Source: Candidatus Nealsonbacteria bacterium
Lineage (GTDB): Bacteria > Patescibacteriota > Minisyncoccia > Minisyncoccales > JANBVM01
Length of the DNA stretch: 64,000 nucleotides
Assembly (NCBI GenBank): GCA_047456295.1
Contig: CP179887.1
Location: forward strand, 431,159 to 495,158
Reading direction: 5' to 3'
In this document: piece after piece, positions 38,157 through 46,667 of the stretch
How positions within the stretch are numbered: the stretch's first letter is position 1
Layout: every line of letters starts with the position of its first letter
Translations under genes and position numbers: made by a program
Notes under the pieces: model-generated
The model's input: the letters and a program-made list of their open reading frames with translations, nothing else
What the model was told of the DNA's origin: nothing
Database searches by the model: none

Positions 38157-41100
38157 TTAACCTGCTTCCTTGGCCTTTTTTATTCTTAGAACTTCTTCAG
38201 GGCTGGTGGTAATTATCTGGTCTTCGGTATAAGAAGCGACCACTTTCATTGCCACGTGCTTTTGTCCGGCAAAGAACATCCCCTCTCCTACCTCTGCTTC
38301 CAGCAATAAATACTTTTCTTCATCGGTTAGATTGAATGCTTTTTGGACAGCATCAATGGTGGCTGTCGACTGTTTCATTAAAACCTGCAAGGAAGAATTG
38401 GTAATGATTGGCTGTCCGTAATTGGATTTCATAAAGTCGTTAAGGTCCTGGGTAATGGTGGTTACTCCCAGCCAGTATTTTCTGGCTCTCTTGCAAATTC
38501 CAAAGAGAAAGGAAGCCCCATCTTCATTTTGCATTATCCACCAGGCTTCATCAACCACCAGGATTCTCTTTTTCAATTCTGACCTGACCTCGTTCCAGAT
38601 ATATCTCATAATAATAAACATTGCCATGGCCCTTAATTCATCTTCTATGTCCCTTATTCCAAAAACAACAAAGGGTTTATCCATTGAAATATTTGTGGGG
38701 TGATTGAAAAATTGAGCAAAGGTTCCTTTGGTGAACTTCCTCACCCTCCTGACCAATGATTCAGCCCCTTCCATTCCTTCTAAAACAGATTCAAGATCTT
38801 CCATTAAAGGTATTCTCTCTCTCCAGGTAGAGGGATCGGTCTCTGGGGTGATGTCTTTTGCAGCATAGGTTTCAGCTAAAGCCCGATCAATAATGGCATC
38901 TTCTTCTGGGGTCAATCCTCCCAGCATAATCCTTAAAAGTCCCACCAGATTAATAATGTTTGACCTTAACACGTCTTCTGGTTTTTCATCTTCCCTTGGT
39001 GTGGGTAGGTCAAAAGGATTAATATGACTCTGGGAAGCCAGAGAAATATTAAAGAAAGAACCTCCCACTGCATCAGACAGGTGTTTATATTCGTTTTCAG
39101 GGTCTAATACAATTACTTCCACCCCTGTCATCAAAGACCTTAAAATATCTAACTTGATGGCATAAGAGTTGTGAACAAACATTCCTGCAGTGCCTGCTAA
39201 AAACACTTCATTGTCAACAGTTAAATCATAAACATATTTATTGTTTTTGTTTCTAATTTTCTTAATTTTAACAATTGGATCCCAGAAAAGATCAGAGTTA
39301 GCTAATATTTTCAACTGAGCCAATTTTTCTTCAACCTGAGGGATTTTATTTACTAAAACATCTTGATAGTTTTGCCAGATAAATTGAGCAGATTTTTGAA
39401 TTGTTTTATAGCTTGTATTACCTTCAGGTTTTGTTACTAAAGCTGACCGGAGAGAGCTATTATAATTTTTCATTGGAATAGCCATTTCTTTAAAACCCAA
39501 ATGAATTGTTTCTTTAATCTTTTTTAAAGAGTAGGATTGGCCATTTACTGTTTCAATTAACCTAAAGGCGTTACAGCAAAAAGGATTAACTTCTCTGTTT
39601 TTAACAACCTGCCAGCTATGACCTAAAGCTTGCCATAAATCTCTATTTAATTCTTTATCATTCTTTCCTAAATTGATTATTGTGCTTAATTCTGGAAGTT
39701 CGGTTAAAACCCTAAAGGTAGAAGTTAAATCTTCAAAATACTGGATTCTTTGTTCAATTTTATTTATTACTTTTAACAGATGTTGAGGAGAAGGGCGGCG
39801 AACACCTCTTTTCCACTCAGAGATTTCTGTTATTCCATAAAGCTGAGGACCAAAAAGATCATGAATTTCTTTAAAAATAGTTTCTAATGTTGGAACAATG
39901 TCAACATTAGTATTACCTGTTTTTTTAATAATTTCAGAAAGCTGATCCCTTTTTCTTTTTGAAATAAAATTAATATCTTGTGCAAACTTCCTGAGATTAT
40001 CCTGGCCAGAAATAGTAAGCTTCCAGTAAGTCTTTTTGTGTTTCCAGCTAGGAATTTTCTTTTTTGTTTTTGAGGTTCTTGCAATGATTCCAAAAAAATA
40101 CAAAAGATAGCTAATTTCTGAAATTAACCTTTTGGATTTAGAGACAGCTGAAATATATGCATTAGCTTCTGTTCCTCCATCTCCTTCAAAATAAGCTGAT
40201 AGGTATTGGGCAATTTTTTGTTTTTCTAAATTAAATATGAATGGCCAGACTTTTTTTTGCTTTGATTTACCTTTTCCTCCTAAAGCCTTTACTATCTCTA
40301 TAAACACCCGAGAACTAGTAATTATGCCTCTATTATCATAATAAAAAGGAATCTTTAATTCAGAAAAAGAGGAATCTATTTCTTTAAGCACCTCTTTATC
40401 TTCATTACTTATAATTATGACATCTTCCCTAATAGTTCCTTCAGCTGTAATAAGGCCAGCTATTTTTAAAAATCCCGATGTAATCTGAAAATCAATATTT
40501 AAAGAATATTGCTTTTTCCCGTTTTTTGAAACAACCTTTAGATTTTTAAATTTTGGGTCATTAGGTTTAATCTTAAGATAATCTAAAATCTTCCAGAAAT
40601 ATTGAATAGGAATACGACGGCCAACTCTATATTTATAAAGATAACGATGGAGATTTTTATCTAAATTAGCCTTCTTTAAGGCTTCATAATTCTCTTCAAT
40701 CAGATATTCTCCACCAGCCACATAAATCCCTTTTGAATATCTAAGCAATTCTAAAAGATTTAAAGATTTTAAAGGAGAATCAGTTTCAGAAACCTGCCGG
40801 GGAACAGGAACAAATTCACCCTCTTTTATTTCAGAACCCTTGGCAGTCTTTATTTTTCCATTTTTTAAAACCAGCATATTATGATCACTTGTTGTAGTAA
40901 TTTTTCTGCCGCTTTGGGTAGTAAATTTATAAAAAACATTTGGTGCTTTTTTCCTGGCAGCTACTGTCACTTCTGACCACTTTGCTTTTAAGTTTTTATC
41001 AAAACTGTAAACTTTAATTTTAGGATCAATTACTCCTTCTAATTCTTCGTCAATTTTAGTTATTCCCTGTTTTTTAATTAATCCTTCAACCAAAGACCCT

Positions 41101-41933
41101 ATTTTTGTTAATTGAATTTCATTTCCATTCTTTATTAAGACTGGTTCAGATCCTAAAATTGACTTTCCTGAACCCGCCTTTCCGAATAAAACCTCATTGG
41201 CATTCTCTAAACCAAAACGGTCAAATAGAATAAGGGAATTGTTGTGTCTGTTGATACCATATAAAATCCCGTCATTAGAACTCAAATCAAAAGAAACAAA
41301 AGGAAAGGTTGAAGAAAGGGGGCCGGTATTCATTGAGGTATGGACCTGGAGCTGGTCCAAACCATAAGGAGCAGTGGAATTAAAACCTTCTCTTTGCTGG
41401 TAAAGGGAGGGTTTAATATAAATCAGTCTGGATTCCAGAATCGACCTCAGATTGGTTTCTATATCCCTTAATTCTTTAGGGGTGTTTCCATAGACGGTTA
41501 AATAAATGCCAAGCTTAAACATCCTTTCCTGGGCAGTTTGTAAGCTGTCCCTCAAAGATTCAAGGTCTTGATGGGCAACCTCTAGGACTGGATCCCTGAT
41601 CAAGCCTTTTTCTTGTCTTTCATTGATTTCAGCTATGACTTCTGCCACCTTTTTCCTTAATTTCTTTAAAATCATTCCGGTTTCAACAGGATGAATGTGT
41701 AATCCAATATTCATTGGGGTGTCCAGATTAATGATCGGAGAAAGCCAACCTGTGCTTATGTATCTGGGATAAGAGAAGATAAAAAAGGACCTAGACAATC
41801 TTTTGCCAAATTCCAAACGGTCCGGCCTCAAGGAAGTGAGAGAAGAAGGCGCAATAATGTCTTTTATCCCTATTGCCGGAGCTTCAAATATTTGTTCAGG
41901 TTTTTCTTTCTTTTTAAAAAAAGGAAATTTCAT
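38157..41933 (-). CDS. virB4: VirB4/TrbE-type T4SS ATPase, interrupted by an intein
   Basis: Walker A FGKAGSGK|S split by the intein, Walker B ILVVDEAWW, downstream TQDLNDF. The joined exteins are 593 aa. Confidence 0.85.
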   Translation of the reverse strand: MKFPFFKKKEKPEQIFEAPAIGIKDIIAPSSLTSLRPDRLEFGKRLSRSFFIFSYPRYISTGWLSPIINLDTPMNIGLHIHPVETGMILKKLRKKVAEVIAEINERQEKGLIRDPVLEVAHQDLESLRDSLQTAQERMFKLGIYLTVYGNTPKELRDIETNLRSILESRLIYIKPSLYQQREGFNSTAPYGLDQLQVHTSMNTGPLSSTFPFVSFDLSSNDGILYGINRHNNSLILFDRFGLENANEVLFGKAGSGKSILGSEPVLIKNGNEIQLTKIGSLVEGLIKKQGITKIDEELEGVIDPKIKVYSFDKNLKAKWSEVTVAARKKAPNVFYKFTTQSGRKITTTSDHNMLVLKNGKIKTAKGSEIKEGEFVPVPRQVSETDSPLKSLNLLELLRYSKGIYVAGGEYLIEENYEALKKANLDKNLHRYLYKYRVGRRIPIQYFWKILDYLKIKPNDPKFKNLKVVSKNGKKQYSLNIDFQITSGFLKIAGLITAEGTIREDVIIISNEDKEVLKEIDSSFSELKIPFYYDNRGIITSSRVFIEIVKALGGKGKSKQKKVWPFIFNLEKQKIAQYLSAYFEGDGGTEANAYISAVSKSKRLISEISYLLYFFGIIARTSKTKKKIPSWKHKKTYWKLTISGQDNLRKFAQDINFISKRKRDQLSEIIKKTGNTNVDIVPTLETIFKEIHDLFGPQLYGITEISEWKRGVRRPSPQHLLKVINKIEQRIQYFEDLTSTFRVLTELPELSTIINLGKNDKELNRDLWQALGHSWQVVKNREVNPFCCNAFRLIETVNGQSYSLKKIKETIHLGFKEMAIPMKNYNSSLRSALVTKPEGNTSYKTIQKSAQFIWQNYQDVLVNKIPQVEEKLAQLKILANSDLFWDPIVKIKKIRNKNNKYVYDLTVDNEVFLAGTAGMFVHNSYAIKLDILRSLMTGVEVIVLDPENEYKHLSDAVGGSFFNISLASQSHINPFDLPTPREDEKPEDVLRSNIINLVGLLRIMLGGLTPEEDAIIDRALAETYAAKDITPETDPSTWRERIPLMEDLESVLEGMEGAESLVRRVRKFTKGTFAQFFNHPTNISMDKPFVVFGIRDIEDELRAMAMFIIMRYIWNEVRSELKKRILVVDEAWWIMQNEDGASFLFGICKRARKYWLGVTTITQDLNDFMKSNYGQPIITNSSLQVLMKQSTATIDAVQKAFNLTDEEKYLLLEAEVGEGMFFAGQKHVAMKVVASYTEDQIITTSPEEVLRIKKAKEAG
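39168..41162 (-). mobile_element. Intein with LAGLIDADG homing endonuclease, in the VirB4 P-loop
   Basis: 665 aa. Ser1 (codon 41162..41160) begins SILGSEPVLIKNG. Block B is TTTSDHNML. LAGLIDADG-like motifs are LKIAGLITAEGTI and LSAYFEGDGG. It ends GMFVHN|S (Asn 39170..39168, +1 Ser 39167..39165). Confidence 0.85.
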
Positions 41934-41954
41934 TTATTTTATTTAATTAATATT

Positions 41955-42593
41955 CTACTGGACTAATTCAGGAGGTATTTCCGGGTAATAACCCACCTCA
42001 GCTTCTTCTGGATGATACAAGCTCCAGAAAAGCTCGATTAATTCAGGAGTGTTTAAAGGAATACACTGGAGACCGCACCTCCTTAAGCCTAAAGCAACAA
42101 ACTCCATTCTTTGCCAGAGCTGGGATTTTGCTCTTTGAAACCTTTCTTCTTGTAAGGAAAGCTTTTCTTTTTTTTCACCTCTTTCTCTGGGTGTTATGCC
42201 AGGAAGCTCAACTAAGGTAAAAGGCACAACCACAAAAAAATTCTTTGACATGATGGCTCCCCCTGCAATCAATTCCTCGATAAATTTTTCATATTCCCCA
42301 ATCTGGAGTTTTAAAAGCTCGTTTTCTTCTTTAGCTTCCAGTTCCTTTAGTTTATCCAGATAACCTGTAATATTTAACCTTCTTGATTGAACAACTATCT
42401 CAAGAGAAAAATCAAGAGAATTTAAAAAACTCTGGAATTGATAAATAATGGCTGTTTGTTCGTCTTCAGACTTTAAAGCAAAGTTAAGAGAAGAAACCAT
42501 TATGACTCCTCTCAAAGCCTTGTTCTTTAAAACAATCACTCCTTCTTTGATTTGGTCTAACTCTAAAAATTGTTGAGTAGCTGTTTGAGGCAT
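41955..42593 (-). CDS. T4SS-associated hypothetical protein
   Basis: 212 aa between the PrgI-like gene and virB4. The N-terminal pattern (LELDQIKEGVIVLKNKALRGVIMVSSLNFALKSEDE) resembles the pre-ATPase region of VirB4/TraC-type proteins. Speculative. Confidence 0.35.
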   Translation of the reverse strand: MPQTATQQFLELDQIKEGVIVLKNKALRGVIMVSSLNFALKSEDEQTAIIYQFQSFLNSLDFSLEIVVQSRRLNITGYLDKLKELEAKEENELLKLQIGEYEKFIEELIAGGAIMSKNFFVVVPFTLVELPGITPRERGEKKEKLSLQEERFQRAKSQLWQRMEFVALGLRRCGLQCIPLNTPELIELFWSLYHPEEAEVGYYPEIPPELVQ

Positions 42594-42595
42594 AA

Positions 42596-43006
42596 TTATT
42601 TGGTTTTTGTTTCTATTTTTGTTTTAATTTTTTTCAACTGACTCTTTCCTGCTATTTTTAAGGGAAGTTCGTCTTTTTCTACTGGTTCTTGTTTTATCAC
42701 TCTTTCTTTGAAAACTGGTTTTTTTTCTTCCTTTTTCTTCCAGAGATACATTTTAGGTGAGAGATTGTATTTCAAAAAGTGTCCTAAAAGACCAGCAAGA
42801 GGGATACCTCCTATCTTTAAAAAAGCAAAAGCTAAAGCTATTCCTCCTAAAACAATGCAGGAGAGTATAAATATGCTGAAAGAAACAGTAAAATAAAGCA
42901 CAAAACAGATAGCTCCTGCAATACCCACAAAGATAAATTGTTTAAAGGTTAAAGGTCCCACTATCTTTGGTTCGTGTTCAATGAATTGGGGAATGGTAAA
43001 TCGCAT
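42596..43006 (-). CDS. PrgI/VirB3-like small membrane protein
   Basis: 136 aa. FTIPQFIEHEPKIVGPLTFKQFIFVG followed by two TM helices, as in the PrgI family from memory. Confidence 0.55.
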   Translation of the reverse strand: MRFTIPQFIEHEPKIVGPLTFKQFIFVGIAGAICFVLYFTVSFSIFILSCIVLGGIALAFAFLKIGGIPLAGLLGHFLKYNLSPKMYLWKKKEEKKPVFKERVIKQEPVEKDELPLKIAGKSQLKKIKTKIETKTK

Positions 43007-43128
43007 ATATGATTCTTAAGGTTGTTATTTATTTTTTAATTTTAAACTATTGTATTTAAAACTTCTACAAGGTTTAAATATATATAAAACCAGTAAAAAC
43101 TAGATACTAAAAACCTTAATATTAAAAC

Positions 43129-43548
43129 CTATTCAACTGGTTCTCTATAAACATCTTCTTTAAGAGGAGCAGCTGGTCTTTCTTTTGGGGATGGAGCAAC
43201 CTTCATTCCAGCAGGAGGAGCAATCTCTATCTTATACAGTTCTTCTAGGTTTGGTTTTACTGGATAGAAAATAAAACGGTTTATTTCCTGGGCAACTTTT
43301 TTAGCAGATTCTTTTTCTACTCCCGCCTCCTTTTCTAAGGTTTCTTGAAATTCGTCTGGTGGCAACACTCCAACTAAAACCTGACCCACATATTCAACAA
43401 TTGGGTCAAGATTTTCTAAAATATTATATCTTTTACAAACATCATAAATATTATCACTTGTTTCCTCGCTAGAAAGAGCATCCTTTAATTCCTGGGGAAG
43501 TTTTTCATATAACTTCCAGAATTGTTCGGAAGTATATTTTTTGGGCAT
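43129..43548 (-). CDS. Hypothetical protein
   Basis: 139-aa acidic ORF with no recognisable motif. Confidence 0.3.
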   Translation of the reverse strand: MPKKYTSEQFWKLYEKLPQELKDALSSEETSDNIYDVCKRYNILENLDPIVEYVGQVLVGVLPPDEFQETLEKEAGVEKESAKKVAQEINRFIFYPVKPNLEELYKIEIAPPAGMKVAPSPKERPAAPLKEDVYREPVE

Positions 43549-43630
43549 AATTTTAAAGTTTTTATATTATTTAAATTGATAATGAGGGATGAATACTATA
43601 ATGTTCTAGGCACACACCTTTGTCGGTTTT

Positions 43631-43840
43631 TTAAATAATGTAATTATTTAGTAATTGTACCATTTCATTTGGTGTTTTCCCATTTAAGACACAATACTCT
43701 AGAATCCTTCGTTTTTAATAATTTTATCAATAGTTCTTGTTTTAATCAAGATAGCTTGTTTTTCTAGCCTCCAATAGAGTTTAATGGTAGTTATGTTCTC
43801 TGGACAGGATTAGCCTGTCCAAACTTCTTTTATATGCCAT
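43631..43840 (-). pseudogene. Internally deleted relic of an IS481/IS3-like transposase gene
   Basis: Own translation: starts MAY (ATG 43840..43838), as in the 54962 copy, and ends EYCVLNGKTPNEMVQLLNNYII* (43699..43631), typical of an rve-integrase C-terminus. Stops and deletions lie in between. Confidence 0.45.
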
Positions 43841-43902
43841 ATACATATATTCTAACACTAGGGTAGTGCAAAGGTATTGAACCATAACAATTGCTTGACA
43901 AA
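43801..43902. repeat. Shared hairpin plus 71-nt left-end repeat with outward TTGACA (copy 1)
   Basis: Hairpin TGGACAGG-attag-CCTGTCCA at 43801..43821. 43832..43902 matches the reverse complement of 54900..54970 with 6 mismatches in 71 nt (hand alignment). TTGACA at 43895..43900 faces the gene at 43963. Confidence 0.65.
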
Positions 43903-43962
43903 GAAAAATAGTGTCATAGGATAAGCATAGAATTTAATATTAATAATAGGGAGTGAAATAAA

Positions 43963-44763
43963 ATGATTATTAGTAATGAAAAAGAAATTCAAGCTTTAGA
44001 AGAGGGTGGAATGAGTAACAAAGAATTAGAATACTGGAGGCAGTATTCAGAATTTATGATGAGCAAATATCGAGATGCCTACATTAACAGCCCTTATTTT
44101 CAAGAAGAACTCAGGGCAATTAATGAATTCATGGAACCAAAGGAGAAAGAAAGATGGTTAGACCTGGGATGCGGAGCACTGCCTGTTTCAGAACTCCTAC
44201 TAACCAAAAAGGTAGATTTGGAACTTTGGGCAGGAGATATTATTCTTGCACCAGCTGAAAAAAAGATTGAAGAGCTAGGAAATCCTCCGGTAAAGTTATT
44301 CTACATTGATTTGACAAAAAAACTAAAGATTCCAGATAACTTTTTTGACGGGATTGGAGCAAGTAAAGTTTTGCCCTATATACCAGAATCCCAAGGAGAA
44401 AAAGGAAAAGAGGCCTTAAGACAAATTTTTAAAGAATTATTCAGAATCTTAAAGCCAGGCGGAACATTAGTATGGAGTGGTTCAATAAAAAATGTCAGTA
44501 GATTTCGGGGAACCTTGCTGGCATTAGGATATATATTGAATCCTTACCAATGGATCAAACAGAGGTGCTTCTTACCAGTTTTTGCAGCAAAAGTAAACGA
44601 AGTTTTCAAACCAATGGTTGAGAAGATAAAAGAGGGCACATATCCTGTGCTTTCCCAAGAGGAGAACGAAGATATTATCCTTTCGGTTGGCTTTGAAAAT
44701 CCAGAGTGGAGGCTAACTTTCGGAAAACAAGTTGTAGTTAATAAAGTTACCAAACCCCTCTAA
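43963..44763 (+). CDS. Class I SAM-dependent methyltransferase (cargo gene)
   Basis: WLDLGCGALP motif I and LKPGGTLVWS. Looks like a small-molecule/protein MTase, not a DNA MTase. Confidence 0.7.
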   Translation: MIISNEKEIQALEEGGMSNKELEYWRQYSEFMMSKYRDAYINSPYFQEELRAINEFMEPKEKERWLDLGCGALPVSELLLTKKVDLELWAGDIILAPAEKKIEELGNPPVKLFYIDLTKKLKIPDNFFDGIGASKVLPYIPESQGEKGKEALRQIFKELFRILKPGGTLVWSGSIKNVSRFRGTLLALGYILNPYQWIKQRCFLPVFAAKVNEVFKPMVEKIKEGTYPVLSQEENEDIILSVGFENPEWRLTFGKQVVVNKVTKPL

Positions 44764-44834
44764 TATTTAATTGTTTAGTCTTTAGAAAAATGATAAAATT
44801 TGATAATTGATTCTAAAGACTTTTTTTATTACTC

Positions 44835-46478
44835 ATGGACATTCTTGCTTACTCAGGGTTCATAAATAGTTTCCTGGTGTTGGCTATAGGAGTTTTCGTC
44901 TATCTAAAAAGCAAGAGAGAGTTAAAAAATAAGCTTTTCTTTTTGCTTTGTTTTTCAGTGTTCATCTGGCAGGCCAGCTACGGTTTCTGGCAGATGGCCA
45001 AAAGCGAAGAGGAAAGCTTGTTTTTTCTTAGATTCATAACAATTAGCAGTGTTTTTTCCTCGGTCCTTTTCCTCCACCTCGTTTTAAGTATTCTGAGTAT
45101 AGTAAAGGAAAAAAAGCCACTCCTGCAGTGGGCTTATATAATCACTTTTGTAATTATTTCTTTAGTTTTTACTCCCTTTTATATCTCTGGTTTAAGAGAA
45201 TATCCTTTTTATCAGTATTGGCCGGTTGCAGGTTTTTCCACTCATGTGAATATAATTTGGGGATTGGTTTTGTCGGTTAGTGCCTTCAATCTACTAATAA
45301 AGAGATATAAAGAATCAAAAGGAGAGAGTAAAAATCAAATAGCTTATTTCCTTTTAGCCCTTTTCGTACTTTTTATTGGAGGGCTTTTTAACGTCCCACA
45401 ATGGTATGGGGTTCCGCTTTTCCCCTACGGTAATTTTTTGATTTTCCTATATCCCTTAATAATTGCTTTTGCAATCATCAGATATCATCTCTTTGAGATT
45501 AGAGTTATTTTAACTGAAATCTTGGTATTGATAATGGGTTTTGTACTGCTGATACTTCCATTCATTATGACAACGAGCTTTTTAAGAAATTTGACTATTA
45601 CCATCTTTATATCCTTTGTATTTTTAGGTTACTTACTAATTAGAAGTACACATCAGGAGGTTCAGAAAAGAAAGGAGGCAGAAGAATTAGCCAATAAACT
45701 CCAAAAAGCAAGCAGTGAGCTTCGAAAGGCCTATATTGAATTAAAAAAAGCTTCAGAAAATATCAAAGAACTATCCGAGATGAAGACAGAGTTTCTGAAG
45801 GTGGTAAACCATCAGTTAAGAACACCTGTTTCCATAATCAAAGGTATGTCTTCCATGTTAGTTGAGGGAACCCTAACAAAGAAAAAGCAAAAAGAGTATG
45901 TTAAAAAACTCTATCTTTCTTCTGAGAGACTGCACACTATCTTAGATGATATTTTAGTAGCTCAGAACTTGGCAGGAGGTCCTACCAGCGTTGAATTAAG
46001 GCCATGTAAGATAGAGGAGGTTATTGAAAGACTAGTTAATCACCAGAAATCTATAGCTGAAGTTAAGGGTTTGAAAATATCGTTCAGTAAACCAAAAGAA
46101 AACATTCCAATAGCCCTACTCGATGAAGAAATAATAAATAGAATAATATCTCGTTTAATTGATAATGCCATACTATATACAGATAAAGGGAAGATTGAGA
46201 TTTCTCTTGAATTAAAAGAAGAAAAGACTAAAAAATTCATCCAGATATCAGTTAAAGACTCAGGTATTGGCCTGGACAAAAAAGACAAAAAGAATCTCTT
46301 TAGACTCTTCCATAGAGGGGAAAAAGCTACCTCTTTACACCCCAATGGCTCAGGTTTAGGACTCTTTATTGTTAAAAACCTGATAGAATCCCATAAGGGT
46401 ACAGTTAAAGCTGAAAGTAAAGGCAGAGATAAGGGTAGTACCTTTGTTATTAGCTTGCCTTTTTTGACGGAAGTTTGA
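44835..46478 (+). CDS. Membrane sensor histidine kinase with N-terminal multi-TM domain, no cognate regulator nearby
   Basis: About 7-8 TM helices, coiled coil, H-box LKVVNHQLRTP, N box IDNAILYT, DSGIGL, GSGLGL. Confidence 0.85.
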   Translation: MDILAYSGFINSFLVLAIGVFVYLKSKRELKNKLFFLLCFSVFIWQASYGFWQMAKSEEESLFFLRFITISSVFSSVLFLHLVLSILSIVKEKKPLLQWAYIITFVIISLVFTPFYISGLREYPFYQYWPVAGFSTHVNIIWGLVLSVSAFNLLIKRYKESKGESKNQIAYFLLALFVLFIGGLFNVPQWYGVPLFPYGNFLIFLYPLIIAFAIIRYHLFEIRVILTEILVLIMGFVLLILPFIMTTSFLRNLTITIFISFVFLGYLLIRSTHQEVQKRKEAEELANKLQKASSELRKAYIELKKASENIKELSEMKTEFLKVVNHQLRTPVSIIKGMSSMLVEGTLTKKKQKEYVKKLYLSSERLHTILDDILVAQNLAGGPTSVELRPCKIEEVIERLVNHQKSIAEVKGLKISFSKPKENIPIALLDEEIINRIISRLIDNAILYTDKGKIEISLELKEEKTKKFIQISVKDSGIGLDKKDKKNLFRLFHRGEKATSLHPNGSGLGLFIVKNLIESHKGTVKAESKGRDKGSTFVISLPFLTEV

Positions 46479-46506
46479 TAATAACTACTCATTTCCTAAA
46501 AATAAT

Positions 46507-46536
46507 ACCTAATTTATTAGGTTTTTTGGCTTGACA
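46507..46536 (+). promoter_or_regulatory. Terminator hairpin of the kinase gene, immediately followed by a GCTTGACAAA promoter box
   Basis: ACCTAA-ttta-TTAGGT plus T-run (46507..46527), then TTGACA at 46531..46536 in the same GCTTGACAAA context as at 43893 and 48103. Confidence 0.5.
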
Positions 46537-46667
46537 AACTTTTCAGAAGGTCTTATGAAGAAAGTAGTAGGTAATATATTAATAATTATAGAAAGGAGGT
46601 TTTTAAAATTAAAAAGTGGGACAAGAAACTTCAGAAAGCAAATACCGCAAAGAAAATTATAAAGATC

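Noticed and set aside
43560-43905. Terminal inverted repeats for the decayed IS (CTTTGTC at 43616..43622 against the complement of 43896..43902)
   Set aside because: Only about 7 nt match, which is too short to call without more copies. It is mentioned as a possibility only.
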